A DNA stretch of 40,000 bases from assembly GCA_025923075.1 (NCBI GenBank), contig JAICGN010000004.1, forward strand, positions 18,832 to 58,831. Reading direction: 5' to 3'. Position 1 is the stretch's first letter. Each line of letters starts with the position of its first letter. A program made the translations under genes and the position numbers. The notes below the pieces were generated by a model. The model had not been told where the DNA came from. It made no database searches and saw nothing but the letters and a program-made list of their open reading frames with translations. This document shows positions 16,865 to 25,441 of this stretch, piece after piece. Origin of the DNA: Chitinophagaceae bacterium (GTDB taxonomy: Bacteria > Bacteroidota > Bacteroidia > Chitinophagales > Chitinophagaceae).

Positions 16865-19107
16865 TACTGCCATATATTATTAATGTCGCTGTGATCCTCG
16901 TCGCCTGCCTGGCTTTTTATAAACTATTGCTGCGCCGCGAAACTTTTTATAAGGTAAACCGCTATATGCTGATCACTTGCCTTGCTATTTCTTTTGCATT
17001 GCCACTGCTGCAAGTGCCTGCGCAGTTTTCGCTAAGGAAACCGTCAGTCGTCAATACTGAGTCGTCTCCCGATAGCTATCGGGTAGTGAGTAGTGAAACG
17101 GCAACACCTGTTATAAAACAGGATGCACCGACTTCTGACAAGGGAAACAACCTGGCACAATCTTCTTCGGCAAAATTTTCGTTTGCCCAGTTCATGAACT
17201 GGTTGTTCTGGATTTACTGGTTTGGCGTTTTTATTTTTGCCGCGAGTTTTCTTTTCCAGCTTATATTGTTATTATGGCGTGCCTATCGCAACCCGGTTAT
17301 CATTGATGGAGCGTACAGAATAGTCGAAGTCACGGGTGATAAAGCGCCTTGTTCTTTTGGTAATACAATTTTTATCAACCCGGAAAAATATGATTGGGAA
17401 ACCTATTCCCAGATACTGCTGCATGAAAAGATTCATATCCGTCAAAGACACACCATCGATATTGTGATTGCGGAGCTCCTGCTGATCTTTCAATGGTTCA
17501 ATCCATTTGCCTGGATCTATCGCCGTGAGATCGAAAGCAATCTTGAATTTTTGACTGATGACCAGCTGATGCAGCAAAAGGAAGTTGATAAGCAACGCTA
17601 CCAGCTAAGCCTCGTACAAGTATCAGCACCACATTTTCCATTGAGCTTAACCACAAACTATAACCAGTCAATTCTTAAAAAACGTATAGCCATGATGAAC
17701 ACAAAAAGATCAAACCTGCATACGGCATGGAAATATTTTTTCCTCTTGCCGGTATTTGCTTTTTTAGTCTGCCTGTTGAATGAGCCAATAGCCTATGGCC
17801 AGGCCAATCAGAACAAAGAAAAGATGAATGCAAAAAATGAAAAGGAAAATGCGACAAATGAGAAAAATGCCCGCAATCACGGTATGGAAACGGAGGGTTA
17901 TTGGTTTGCAGTGATCAAAGATGATAAGGTGAACATCCGTTTCAGCGATGAAAAAATGGATGGTGACGACTCTCGCCATTCTTTTAGCGGCGAGACGTTT
18001 AAATTATCTGACCTGGGGGCTATTCCCAAAGGAACGTCCGGAACATTTACCATTACCCGTGAAGCCGGCAAGATAGAAATGAGCGGCAAGTTTGAAGGTA
18101 ACACCGGTATGGGTACGTATAAATTCATTGCCGATAAAGGATATTTTGAGTACATGAATAAAGAGCTGAAAGAAACGCTCGATGAAGATGACCAGATGGC
18201 TTTCTTCTTTATTGATATCAAAAAAGAATATTTGACGATGCTCAGGAATGAGGGCTTTACAGATGTAACCAAAGATGACCTGATTCCTGTTGCTGCATTA
18301 GGTATTGATAAAGCCTATATTTCTTCAATCCGTAATGCCGGCTTCAAAGAAGTATCATTGGAAAAGTTAGTTCCGTTAAAAGCACTGGGCATTGATGAAA
18401 AATATATAACCGAGATCCGTAGTGCAGGTTATAAGAATATAACTTCAGAGCAGCTCGTCTCTTTCAAAGCGCAGGGTATCGATAAGAAATATATCGAATC
18501 AGTTCGTGAAATGAAAAGTGATAAAGACGATAAGGATAAAGATGATGATGCAGATGATATTGTGAGCTTTAAAGCTATGAACATTGATGCAGCTTATATC
18601 AATTCCTTTAAAGCAGCTGGGCTTACTAATATTCCTCATGAACAATTGGTGTCATTTAAAGCAGTCGGCGTTACTCCTGAATATATTAAAAGCTGGCATG
18701 CGTTGGGCTTTAAAGACATCGACCCGGAGGAATTTGTTGGTATGAAATCACAGAACGTAACTCCTGAATTCATGAAAAGCTTTACTTCTCTCGGATACAA
18801 GGATGTAAAACCCGAGGATCTTGTTGCATTCAGAGCCCTCGGTATTACTCCTGATTATATCAAAAGCTTTGAAGCCGCCGGTTATAAGATGACGGATCTT
18901 GATAACGTGGCCGGTCTTAAAGCACAAGGCATCACTCCTGAATTTATTAAGAGTTTTGAGTCGGTTGGATTTAAAAATATTGATCTTGATGAGATTATTT
19001 CTGTGAAAGCTACCGGTGTTACACCTGAATATATTAAGGAGATGAAATCAAAAGGATTTAATTATGATAAGTTGCAGAAGTATGTTACTTTGAAGAGTAT
19101 TGATTAA
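16861..19107 (+). CDS. BlaR1/MecR1-like M56-family membrane signal transducer with a C-terminal 29-aa tandem repeat domain
   Basis: N-terminal TM helices. HEKIH zinc motif (LLHEKIHIRQRH) in the M56 position. A further TM (YFFLLPVFAFLVCLL) is followed by about 440 aa of predicted extracytoplasmic sequence ending in about 10 phased repeats. Translationally coupled to blaI. Confidence 0.85.
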   Translation: MILPYIINVAVILVACLAFYKLLLRRETFYKVNRYMLITCLAISFALPLLQVPAQFSLRKPSVVNTESSPDSYRVVSSETATPVIKQDAPTSDKGNNLAQSSSAKFSFAQFMNWLFWIYWFGVFIFAASFLFQLILLLWRAYRNPVIIDGAYRIVEVTGDKAPCSFGNTIFINPEKYDWETYSQILLHEKIHIRQRHTIDIVIAELLLIFQWFNPFAWIYRREIESNLEFLTDDQLMQQKEVDKQRYQLSLVQVSAPHFPLSLTTNYNQSILKKRIAMMNTKRSNLHTAWKYFFLLPVFAFLVCLLNEPIAYGQANQNKEKMNAKNEKENATNEKNARNHGMETEGYWFAVIKDDKVNIRFSDEKMDGDDSRHSFSGETFKLSDLGAIPKGTSGTFTITREAGKIEMSGKFEGNTGMGTYKFIADKGYFEYMNKELKETLDEDDQMAFFFIDIKKEYLTMLRNEGFTDVTKDDLIPVAALGIDKAYISSIRNAGFKEVSLEKLVPLKALGIDEKYITEIRSAGYKNITSEQLVSFKAQGIDKKYIESVREMKSDKDDKDKDDDADDIVSFKAMNIDAAYINSFKAAGLTNIPHEQLVSFKAVGVTPEYIKSWHALGFKDIDPEEFVGMKSQNVTPEFMKSFTSLGYKDVKPEDLVAFRALGITPDYIKSFEAAGYKMTDLDNVAGLKAQGITPEFIKSFESVGFKNIDLDEIISVKATGVTPEYIKEMKSKGFNYDKLQKYVTLKSID
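17068..17083. repeat. REP-like palindrome CCCGATAGCTATCGGG located inside the blaR1-like CDS
   Basis: Perfect 16-nt palindrome translated in frame as SPDSYR. The flank TAGTGAGTAGTG resembles the AGTGAGTTAG flank of the intergenic copy at 12358. Confidence 0.65.
18280..19104 (+). repeat. in-frame tandem repeat array, 87-nt (29-aa) period, about 9.5 units, inside the blaR1-like gene
   Basis: Units start at 18280, 18367, 18454 (carrying an 18-nt acidic insertion), 18559, 18646, 18733, 18820, 18907, 18994 and 19081. Consensus is L-V-x-F-K-A-x-G-[IV]-T-P-E-Y-I-K-S-F-x-x-x-G-[FY]-K-x-[IV]-x-x-E-x. Confidence 0.9.
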
Positions 19108-19186
19108 AAGTTCCTGGGGTTCGTGGCTTCACGAACCTTGGCTATGGATTAGAGAACCAAAATCATCTATATTTTCTACGTTTCGT

Positions 19187-19220
19187 AACCGGGAAGAAGA
19201 GTCGACTTCCCGGTTTTTTT
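19187..19220 (+). terminator. rho-independent terminator downstream of the blaR1-like gene
   Basis: AACCGGGAAG (19187-19196) pairs with CTTCCCGGTT (19206-19215) around a 9-nt loop, followed by TTTTT. An additional 8-bp hairpin, GGTTCGTG-gctt-CACGAACC, lies at 19118-19137. Confidence 0.85.
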
Positions 19221-19439
19221 ATTTACGTACGTTCCAGCTTGGAGTTCTTATCGCCAAACAAGTTAGATTATCCATACACCTCACCCCTTCATTACTCCGT
19301 AGATCAGATTCTCCGCACCTCCTCTCCATATGGACAGGGGTGTAGACGCTACGAATTAAAAGTAAGTTAATGGGGTCAGGTATAATGAGATGTTCAACTT
19401 AGAATGTAATTAGAAAAAATAGTAAATTAGTTACCTGTC

Positions 19440-19817
19440 ATGAGTAACAGTAAACCTTCTAACCTAGCTGATAAATTCCTTGCAAAACTCCACGACGGGC
19501 AAAACCATCTACGCAAGAATATGCAAGAGAACTTCAGCCAAGGGCTACAGAAACCGAACAAAAATTGTGGGCTTTATTGCGTAACAGGCAATTGAAAGGA
19601 AAAAAGTTCAGAAAACCACATGCAATCGCTAATTATATGGTTGATTTTTACTGCAATGAACCTAAACCTGCAATTGAATCGGATGGAAATTTTCATAGTG
19701 AAACAGAAGGGAAAGAATATGATAAGTCAAGGACGGCTTTACTGAACGAGCTTAGTTTCAAGGTTCTGGAATGAGGAAGTGGTAAAAGATCCATCGAAAG
19801 TGTTGCAAAAAATTTAA
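19440..19817 (+). pseudogene. decayed DUF559 (Vsr-like endonuclease domain) gene
   Basis: Main frame reads ...YARELQPRATETEQKLWALLRNRQLKGKKFRKPHAIANYMVDFYCNEPKPAIESDGNFHSE...LSFKVLE*. The conserved C-terminus FWNEEVVKDPSKVLQKI* continues in a different frame (19764-19817). The main frame has no ATG/GTG after the upstream stop at 19472 (first start-type codon is the ORF-track TTG at 19565). The nearest ATG (19440) is in another frame. Confidence 0.7.
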
Positions 19818-19843
19818 GCTCATTTGCTTTGAAGTAATTTGAA

Positions 19844-20986
19844 TTATTTATTGTTTCGCACATACTTAAACTTATCAGCAATGATCTTAAGAAGATATCC
19901 TTTCTTATCACTATTATATTCCCAAAACATCACACCTGCAAGGTGATGTTGCTTTACATATTTACATTTAGCTTTTACAGATCTTTCGTTATCATAGGAG
20001 ATAAATACTTTATTCTCTGCATTGAAAAGATAAGGCGCTTTCGCAATGGCATCCCAATAATCTTTATAGCCATTTTTATTAATCAGGCTATCTTTCAAAT
20101 AAGTAAACCCGCCACCCCTTGCGGACTTTAGTGTCTTTCTGTACAGGCCGTTGTTATCAGTTGATTCCATTTGCCAGCCTTTCCCATAAAAAGCAATGCC
20201 CATAACAATCTTATTAGCCGGGACGCCCGCTGCCATAAACGCCTGGATTGATCTATGGGCAGAATATTGGCTGGTATCACCTGAAGAAATATACAAATTA
20301 GTATGATGACCCGATACTGTGTTCCAGCCACCGGCATAATCATAACTCATTATATTTATGTAGTCGGCATACGCTTGCACTTTGTCCATTTCTGTATGAT
20401 CAATATAGGCCTGTGACCCCCCAACAGCAGTCGTTAGATAATATTTCCTATGCGTGACGCGACCGAGACTGTCAAGACCTTCTCTTAACTCCTTTAAAAG
20501 AAGTGTATAATGCTGTTTGTCTTCAGGGCGATAGGTATTACTGTCGCCGATCATACCCGGGTATTCCCAATCTATATCAACGCCATCTAAATTATATTTT
20601 GAAACAATGTCGATTGAACTTAAAGCAAAATTTCTTGTTGAAGTATCTGTAAGTGTTGCATCAGAAAAATTTTTACTCCAGCTCCATCCGCCGATCGAGA
20701 TCAATATTTTCAGATCAGGGTTTATCTTTTTTAACTCGCTTAACTTTCGCAGGTTAATTGTATCTGTTGCTTCATTGTGCAGCCATGCACGGTTATCCTT
20801 AATATCGATAAAAGCATAATTGATATGTGACAGCCGCCATACATCAATAGAATCTGTGGCAATCAATCCGCGAAAACCGCCCACATAGCCTATGATAACA
20901 GGCTTTGTTTTACTTTTTAAAAGAAACGGAAATTGTATCGTCAGGAGACAAAACAAAAGACCTATCCCGTAAACCGCATTTTTCAT
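19844..20986 (-). CDS. glycoside hydrolase family 18 (chitinase-like), secreted
   Basis: GH18 catalytic motif DGVDIDWEYP. SIGGWSWS and MSYDYAG motifs. Start at MKNAVYGIGLLFCLL gives a signal peptide. The ORF-track start at 21016 is also possible. Confidence 0.88.
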   Translation of the reverse strand: MKNAVYGIGLLFCLLTIQFPFLLKSKTKPVIIGYVGGFRGLIATDSIDVWRLSHINYAFIDIKDNRAWLHNEATDTINLRKLSELKKINPDLKILISIGGWSWSKNFSDATLTDTSTRNFALSSIDIVSKYNLDGVDIDWEYPGMIGDSNTYRPEDKQHYTLLLKELREGLDSLGRVTHRKYYLTTAVGGSQAYIDHTEMDKVQAYADYINIMSYDYAGGWNTVSGHHTNLYISSGDTSQYSAHRSIQAFMAAGVPANKIVMGIAFYGKGWQMESTDNNGLYRKTLKSARGGGFTYLKDSLINKNGYKDYWDAIAKAPYLFNAENKVFISYDNERSVKAKCKYVKQHHLAGVMFWEYNSDKKGYLLKIIADKFKYVRNNK

Positions 20987-21255
20987 ACTTAAAAGTATCA
21001 ATTCCTTTTCTAACATAACTTAATTTAAACCATTTCCAGTGTGGCTCCGTTCATGCTTTGACCGTCGATTATTTGTCCATCCCTTGGCAGACTGGGAAGA
21101 CGATCAAATATGAACGAACAACTAGTTTGGGTGGACAAAAGGTGGAGCTGAAAGTGACGACATACAGGGCTGAATTGTTGAACCTCCTTATTTATCACAC
21201 AGTTTCCGCTGATTTCAGTAACTTACAAAAAGGTCTTTTCAACCTCACGCTTCTT

Positions 21256-22539
21256 ATGAAGCCTATTTTATTATATTGTCTTTTTCTTTTTTTATTTCCG
21301 GCTGGTATTAATGCACAAACGGTGATCTCGATGAAGATTGATGGCAGCATCAATCCTTCATCAGCGGACTTTATCCATAATGGTATTGAAAGAGCGGCCC
21401 GTGAAAAGGCGGAGTGCATCATCATTCATTTGAATACTCCCGGCGGGTTATTAAAATCAACAAGAGTAATTGTAAGTGATATACTGGCATCGCCGGTACC
21501 CGTAGTGGTATATGTTTCACCTGACGGAGCACATGCAGGTTCAGCAGGTGTTTTTGTTACCCTGGCTGCTCATATTGCAGCGATGGCACCTGGCACTAAT
21601 ATCGGAGCTGCACACCCGGTAGCATTGCAGAACCAGATGGACAGCACGATGAATGAAAAAGCGACCAATGATGCGGCAGCATTTATACGAACGATCGCAG
21701 AAAAAAGACACCGTAATGTAGAATGGGCGGAAAATGCAGTTCGCAAAAGCTTTTCTTATTCAGAAACTGAGGCATTAGAAGATTCAGCTATTGATATAAT
21801 TGCTAAAAATGAAACGGAATTACTTGCCCTGATCCATGGCAAGACTGTAGAATTAAGTTCCGGTAAAAAAACTTTGAATACAGCTGCTGCTACTGTGAAA
21901 GAACAAAAAATGAGTGTTTGGGAAAGGATACTGGATATTATCAGCGATCCTAATATTGCTTATATCCTATTTCTTCTTGGCATGTACGGACTGATATTCG
22001 AATTATATAATCCGGGATCTATCTTGCCAGGCATTGTGGGTGTCATTGCTCTTATACTTGCTTTGTATTCAATGCATACATTGCCCATTAATTATGCAGG
22101 GCTTGCATTGATAATTTTCGCTATCATACTGTTCCTGCTGGAAATAAAAATTGTAAGTCATGGCCTGCTGGCCATAGGAGGAGTAATTTCTCTATTCCTT
22201 GGTTCTATGATGCTGATCAAATCCAATTCATCGCTGGAAATGGTAAAGATTTCCTGGGGTGTCATGATTGGAGCAACAATTGTGTCAGCACTCTTTTTTT
22301 TGTTTATTGTCGGTTTTGGCATCAGGGCGCAACGACGCAAGGTAGTAACAGGCATTGAAGGATTAGTGGGAGATACAGGTGAGGTGATGCAGGCATTATC
22401 ACCAACGGGTACTATAAAAGTGCAGGGAGAAATATGGAATGCCGAATCGCTTAGTGGTCCGATTGAAAAAGGAGAAAAAGTAAGAATAAAAGAAATGAGG
22501 AGCCTCAAACTTTTTGTGGAAAGAATTAATAACATTTAA
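21256..22539 (+). CDS. NfeD-family membrane-bound ClpP-class serine protease
   Basis: ATG at 21256 gives the signal peptide [21 protein letters not shown]. ClpP/SppA-like protease domain (TPGGLL..., [28 protein letters not shown]). Several TM helices and a C-terminal OB-fold NfeD domain ([12 protein letters not shown]...GEKVRI). The 66 codons upstream in the ORF track look non-coding. Confidence 0.85.
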   Translation: MKPILLYCLFLFLFPAGINAQTVISMKIDGSINPSSADFIHNGIERAAREKAECIIIHLNTPGGLLKSTRVIVSDILASPVPVVVYVSPDGAHAGSAGVFVTLAAHIAAMAPGTNIGAAHPVALQNQMDSTMNEKATNDAAAFIRTIAEKRHRNVEWAENAVRKSFSYSETEALEDSAIDIIAKNETELLALIHGKTVELSSGKKTLNTAAATVKEQKMSVWERILDIISDPNIAYILFLLGMYGLIFELYNPGSILPGIVGVIALILALYSMHTLPINYAGLALIIFAIILFLLEIKIVSHGLLAIGGVISLFLGSMMLIKSNSSLEMVKISWGVMIGATIVSALFFLFIVGFGIRAQRRKVVTGIEGLVGDTGEVMQALSPTGTIKVQGEIWNAESLSGPIEKGEKVRIKEMRSLKLFVERINNI

Positions 22540-22549
22540 AAAAGGAATT

Positions 22550-23326
22550 ATGGAACAGTTTCCCACCGTAGCAGTCGTCATTATCCTGTTTGTTTTGATC
22601 TTATTGTCAAGTGCTATAAAAATATTGCGCGAATATGAACGGGGCGTCATTTTCCGTCTCGGACGTTTGATTGGCGGTACTGGTCTTAAGGGGCCAGGTC
22701 TTATTTTACTGATACCGGTCATCGACAAAATGGTAAAAGTAAGCTTGCGTACGGTAGTATTGGATGTGCCACCACAGGATATCATCACCCAGGATAATGT
22801 TTCTATTAAAGTAAATGCAGTCGTGTATTTCCGGGTAATAGAACCCCAGAAGGCGATCGTTCAGGTTGAAAATTTTTTAGCGGCTACTTCACAGATCTCT
22901 CAAACTACTTTACGTAGCGTACTTGGACAATCGGAGCTCGACGACCTGCTGTCACAACGGGAAAAGATCAATCATAAGTTGCAGCAGATCATTGATTCGC
23001 AAACAGATCCATGGGGTGTCAAGGTTTCTAACGTGGAAGTAAAACAGATTGACCTGCCGCAGGAAATGCAACGAGCTATGGCCAAACAAGCCGAAGCTGA
23101 ACGAGAACGCCGCAGTAAAGTGATTGCAGCCGAAGGTGAATTCCAGGCTTCACAACGCCTGGCCGATGCAGCAAAGATCCTGGCAGGTGAACCCAGTGCA
23201 TTAACACTTCGCTATTTGCAGACATTGCGTGAAATTGCTACTGAAAATAATTCCACAACCATTTTTCCTGTTCCGATCGATTTGCTCAAACCATTTTTGA
23301 AAATCAGTGGAAGCAATGAATCCTAA
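22550..23326 (+). CDS. SPFH/band-7 (stomatin/slipin-like) protein
   Basis: N-terminal TM followed by a PHB/SPFH domain ([12 protein letters not shown]..., TLRSVLG..., coiled-coil [17 protein letters not shown]). Starts 11 nt after the nfeD stop, which is the classic NfeD-stomatin operon arrangement. Confidence 0.9.
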   Translation: MEQFPTVAVVIILFVLILLSSAIKILREYERGVIFRLGRLIGGTGLKGPGLILLIPVIDKMVKVSLRTVVLDVPPQDIITQDNVSIKVNAVVYFRVIEPQKAIVQVENFLAATSQISQTTLRSVLGQSELDDLLSQREKINHKLQQIIDSQTDPWGVKVSNVEVKQIDLPQEMQRAMAKQAEAERERRSKVIAAEGEFQASQRLADAAKILAGEPSALTLRYLQTLREIATENNSTTIFPVPIDLLKPFLKISGSNES

Positions 23327-23455
23327 CGCCTCAATGCAATCACATCCAAACTTTATGACAAAATGTTTTTGAAGCAACAAGTGATTGGCCCAACTTCATT
23401 ATCTGACTAAGACCCGGCATGATTTTTAATCCCTTTTGTTACTAAAAAACGGGTT

Positions 23456-23659
23456 ATGCAAAAACAACAAACAACCGGTTCAAAGCAATCACGCAAAGGC
23501 GACACAGGTCGTACCTCAAGTCAGGGACGTAAGCTGGCGTCTGGTGGAACCCGAAGCACCAAGAAAGGGAATCCGGACATAAATGAGGATACTAAGAATT
23601 CAGTAAAGGACGAGAAACCCAAAAGAAAAAGAATACCGGCAGGTGCGATAACAAAATGA
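23456..23659 (+). CDS. hypothetical small basic, low-complexity protein (67 aa)
   Basis: ATG ORF rich in K/R/S/T/G, likely disordered. It is the only ORF in a 360-nt gap. The coding status is uncertain. Confidence 0.35.
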   Translation: MQKQQTTGSKQSRKGDTGRTSSQGRKLASGGTRSTKKGNPDINEDTKNSVKDEKPKRKRIPAGAITK

Positions 23660-23688
23660 ACTCAGTACTACCAGCGGAAGGTTGATGA

Positions 23689-24276
23689 TTAAAAATATTT
23701 ATCGGGTCCCTTCATGATACCGGGATTCTTTAATTGCTGCTTTTCCTTTGCTACTAACTCGATCGCCTCTTTACGGAGTTCATTATTCCCATTTTGCATT
23801 TTTTCTAATAAGTTGCTGCATTCCCTTAAAAACACAGGAGCAAAGTCGGCATCATGTTGTGCAATGCCTGTGGCATTGTCCATGATGTCGGCATATTTGA
23901 TGGTTTGTGCTTCTGCACTTATTCCCTTTATTCGGTTAGCCTCGTTGGTTTTTCGTTTTCGTCTGTTCATTCGTGGGTATTGCTCTTTGGTATAAATGTC
24001 GGTTAACTCGATCACCAGAGCAAGCGTTTTCTCAGCATCGGTTTCATTCATCACTGTTAATAAGAATTTTATTATCTGTTGCGGCGTTGTGTCCGTATCT
24101 TCCAATACATCATGAAGAATTGCCGCAGCCAATACAGGTAAAGAATAACCATAATTGCGGCAGGTTTTCATTACCCGCAGTGGATGCTGAATATAACTTT
24201 CGTCAGCATATTTTCGCTGCTGATCACCATGGGCCTGGTCGGCAAATGCTGCGATCTTTTCCAATGCTGGTTCCAC
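23689..24276 (-). CDS. HD-domain protein of the RelA/SpoT hydrolase type (small alarmone hydrolase-like)
   Basis: HGDQQRKY...YIQHPLRV...AAILHDVLEDTDTT is the HD (p)ppGpp-hydrolase signature. 195 aa with no synthetase domain. GTG start at 24276. Confidence 0.8.
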   Translation of the reverse strand: MEPALEKIAAFADQAHGDQQRKYADESYIQHPLRVMKTCRNYGYSLPVLAAAILHDVLEDTDTTPQQIIKFLLTVMNETDAEKTLALVIELTDIYTKEQYPRMNRRKRKTNEANRIKGISAEAQTIKYADIMDNATGIAQHDADFAPVFLRECSNLLEKMQNGNNELRKEAIELVAKEKQQLKNPGIMKGPDKYF

Positions 24277-24339
24277 TCTGCATGATCAGCAATTTTCATG
24301 CAGGTATTCTTTCCCGACACTGGAAATCCGGCCACTGAT

Positions 24340-25116
24340 CTATTTATCCTTTAGCTCAATCCAAACGGGTGCATGATCACTTGTTTTTTCCCACCCTCTG
24401 ACATGCTTATCAACGCCTGCATTAACAAGTTTGCGTTTCAATTGAGAGCTTAACAGGAAATGGTCTATGCGAAGACCGGCATCACGTTGGTAGGCATTCC
24501 TGAAATAATCCCAGAATGTATAAATTCTTTCTTTGGGATACAGTTTACGTATCGCATCAGTCCATCCCTGCTCAACCAATTTTTTAAAAGCGTCACGAAT
24601 CTCTATTCTGAATAATGCATCATTAACCCATCGCTCGGGTTTATACACATCGAGTTCGGTTGGCATTACATTAAAATCACCGATCAATGCTACCGGCACT
24701 TTCTCAGCTAATAATTTTTTTGCGTGTGCGGTCAAACGTTTAAACCATTTCAATTTATACTCGAATTTTGGACCGGGCCAGGGGTTTCCATTCGGAAGAT
24801 AAAGACACCCGATTATCATGTTATTTACAATTGCTTCAATGTACCGGCTGTGACTATCTTCCGGGTCCCCGGGTAGTACCCGTCTTAGCTCCTGAATTTC
24901 TCCGACTCTTGATAAAATTGCAACACCATTCCAACTTTTCTGTCCATGCCATTTAACAGAATAACCGGCATCGTTGATTGCTTTCAAAGGGAATTTCTCG
25001 TTAGGGGCTTTTAGCTCCTGCAAACAAACTAAATCAGGCTTCGCTTCATTTAACCAGCGAAGTAACACAGCCAGGCGGCCATTGATTCCATTTACATTAT
25101 ACGTTGCGATCTTCAT
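24340..25116 (-). CDS. xth: exodeoxyribonuclease III
   Basis: MKIATYNVNG...DLVCLQELK...GDFN...SDHAPV. EEP-fold ExoIII/APE motifs across the full length. Confidence 0.95.
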   Translation of the reverse strand: MKIATYNVNGINGRLAVLLRWLNEAKPDLVCLQELKAPNEKFPLKAINDAGYSVKWHGQKSWNGVAILSRVGEIQELRRVLPGDPEDSHSRYIEAIVNNMIIGCLYLPNGNPWPGPKFEYKLKWFKRLTAHAKKLLAEKVPVALIGDFNVMPTELDVYKPERWVNDALFRIEIRDAFKKLVEQGWTDAIRKLYPKERIYTFWDYFRNAYQRDAGLRIDHFLLSSQLKRKLVNAGVDKHVRGWEKTSDHAPVWIELKDK

Positions 25117-25224
25117 GCTTTATTTTTTCTAAACTTAAGATTTCTTCTCGTTCAAACTTTTGCAAATGGCATACCAGCTACAGACTTTTAATATTATTTT
25201 CATGTTTATATATGGAGGCTCCGG

Positions 25225-25415
25225 CTGATCCAGCATGAAATAAAACTCATCAATGAAACCGGTCAGATATCAATTCTTACGGAGCTACGAACGAAGCTGA
25301 ATTTCTCGCCGTCGTGTCCGGATATTTCTTTGAACGCCCAAAACTGCTGAAAGAGAAATATCCGGCGCTTTATGCGTTGCTTGAAAAAGTTTTTTGTAAG
25401 CAGCCCCGTGAGTGA
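25225..25415 (+). pseudogene. C-terminal remnant of an MtfA/peptidase M90-family gene
   Basis: Frame ending at 25415 reads DINSYGATNEAEFLAVVSGYFFERPKLLKEKYPALYALLEKVF..., the conserved M90 C-terminus. Upstream, in another frame, LIQHEIKLINETGQ resembles a degraded HExxH region. There is no start codon and a stop lies at 25254-25256. Confidence 0.6.
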
Positions 25416-25441
25416 AATTGATAAGCCTTCAACTAACCTTA

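Noticed and set aside
18280-19104. Regular 87-nt periodicity that could superficially resemble a CRISPR-like or satellite array
   Set aside because: The repeats are in frame within a long ORF. They have diverged at the nucleotide level while conserving an amino-acid consensus, and there are no unique spacers. This is a protein tandem-repeat domain, not a CRISPR array.
19100-19345. 81-aa ORF downstream of the blaR1-like gene
   Set aside because: It spans two hairpins and a canonical terminator and has no plausible protein features. It is more likely 3' UTR plus the decayed flank of the DUF559 locus.
19222-19843. The DUF559 locus as evidence of a mobile element or genomic island boundary
   Set aside because: There is no integrase, transposase, flanking direct repeat or tRNA. 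There is only a single decayed gene, so I cannot support calling it a mobile element.
21058-21255. 66-codon N-terminal extension of nfeD in the ORF track
   Set aside because: The extension has no signal or TM character. The internal ATG at 21256 yields a canonical signal peptide directly followed by the protease domain.
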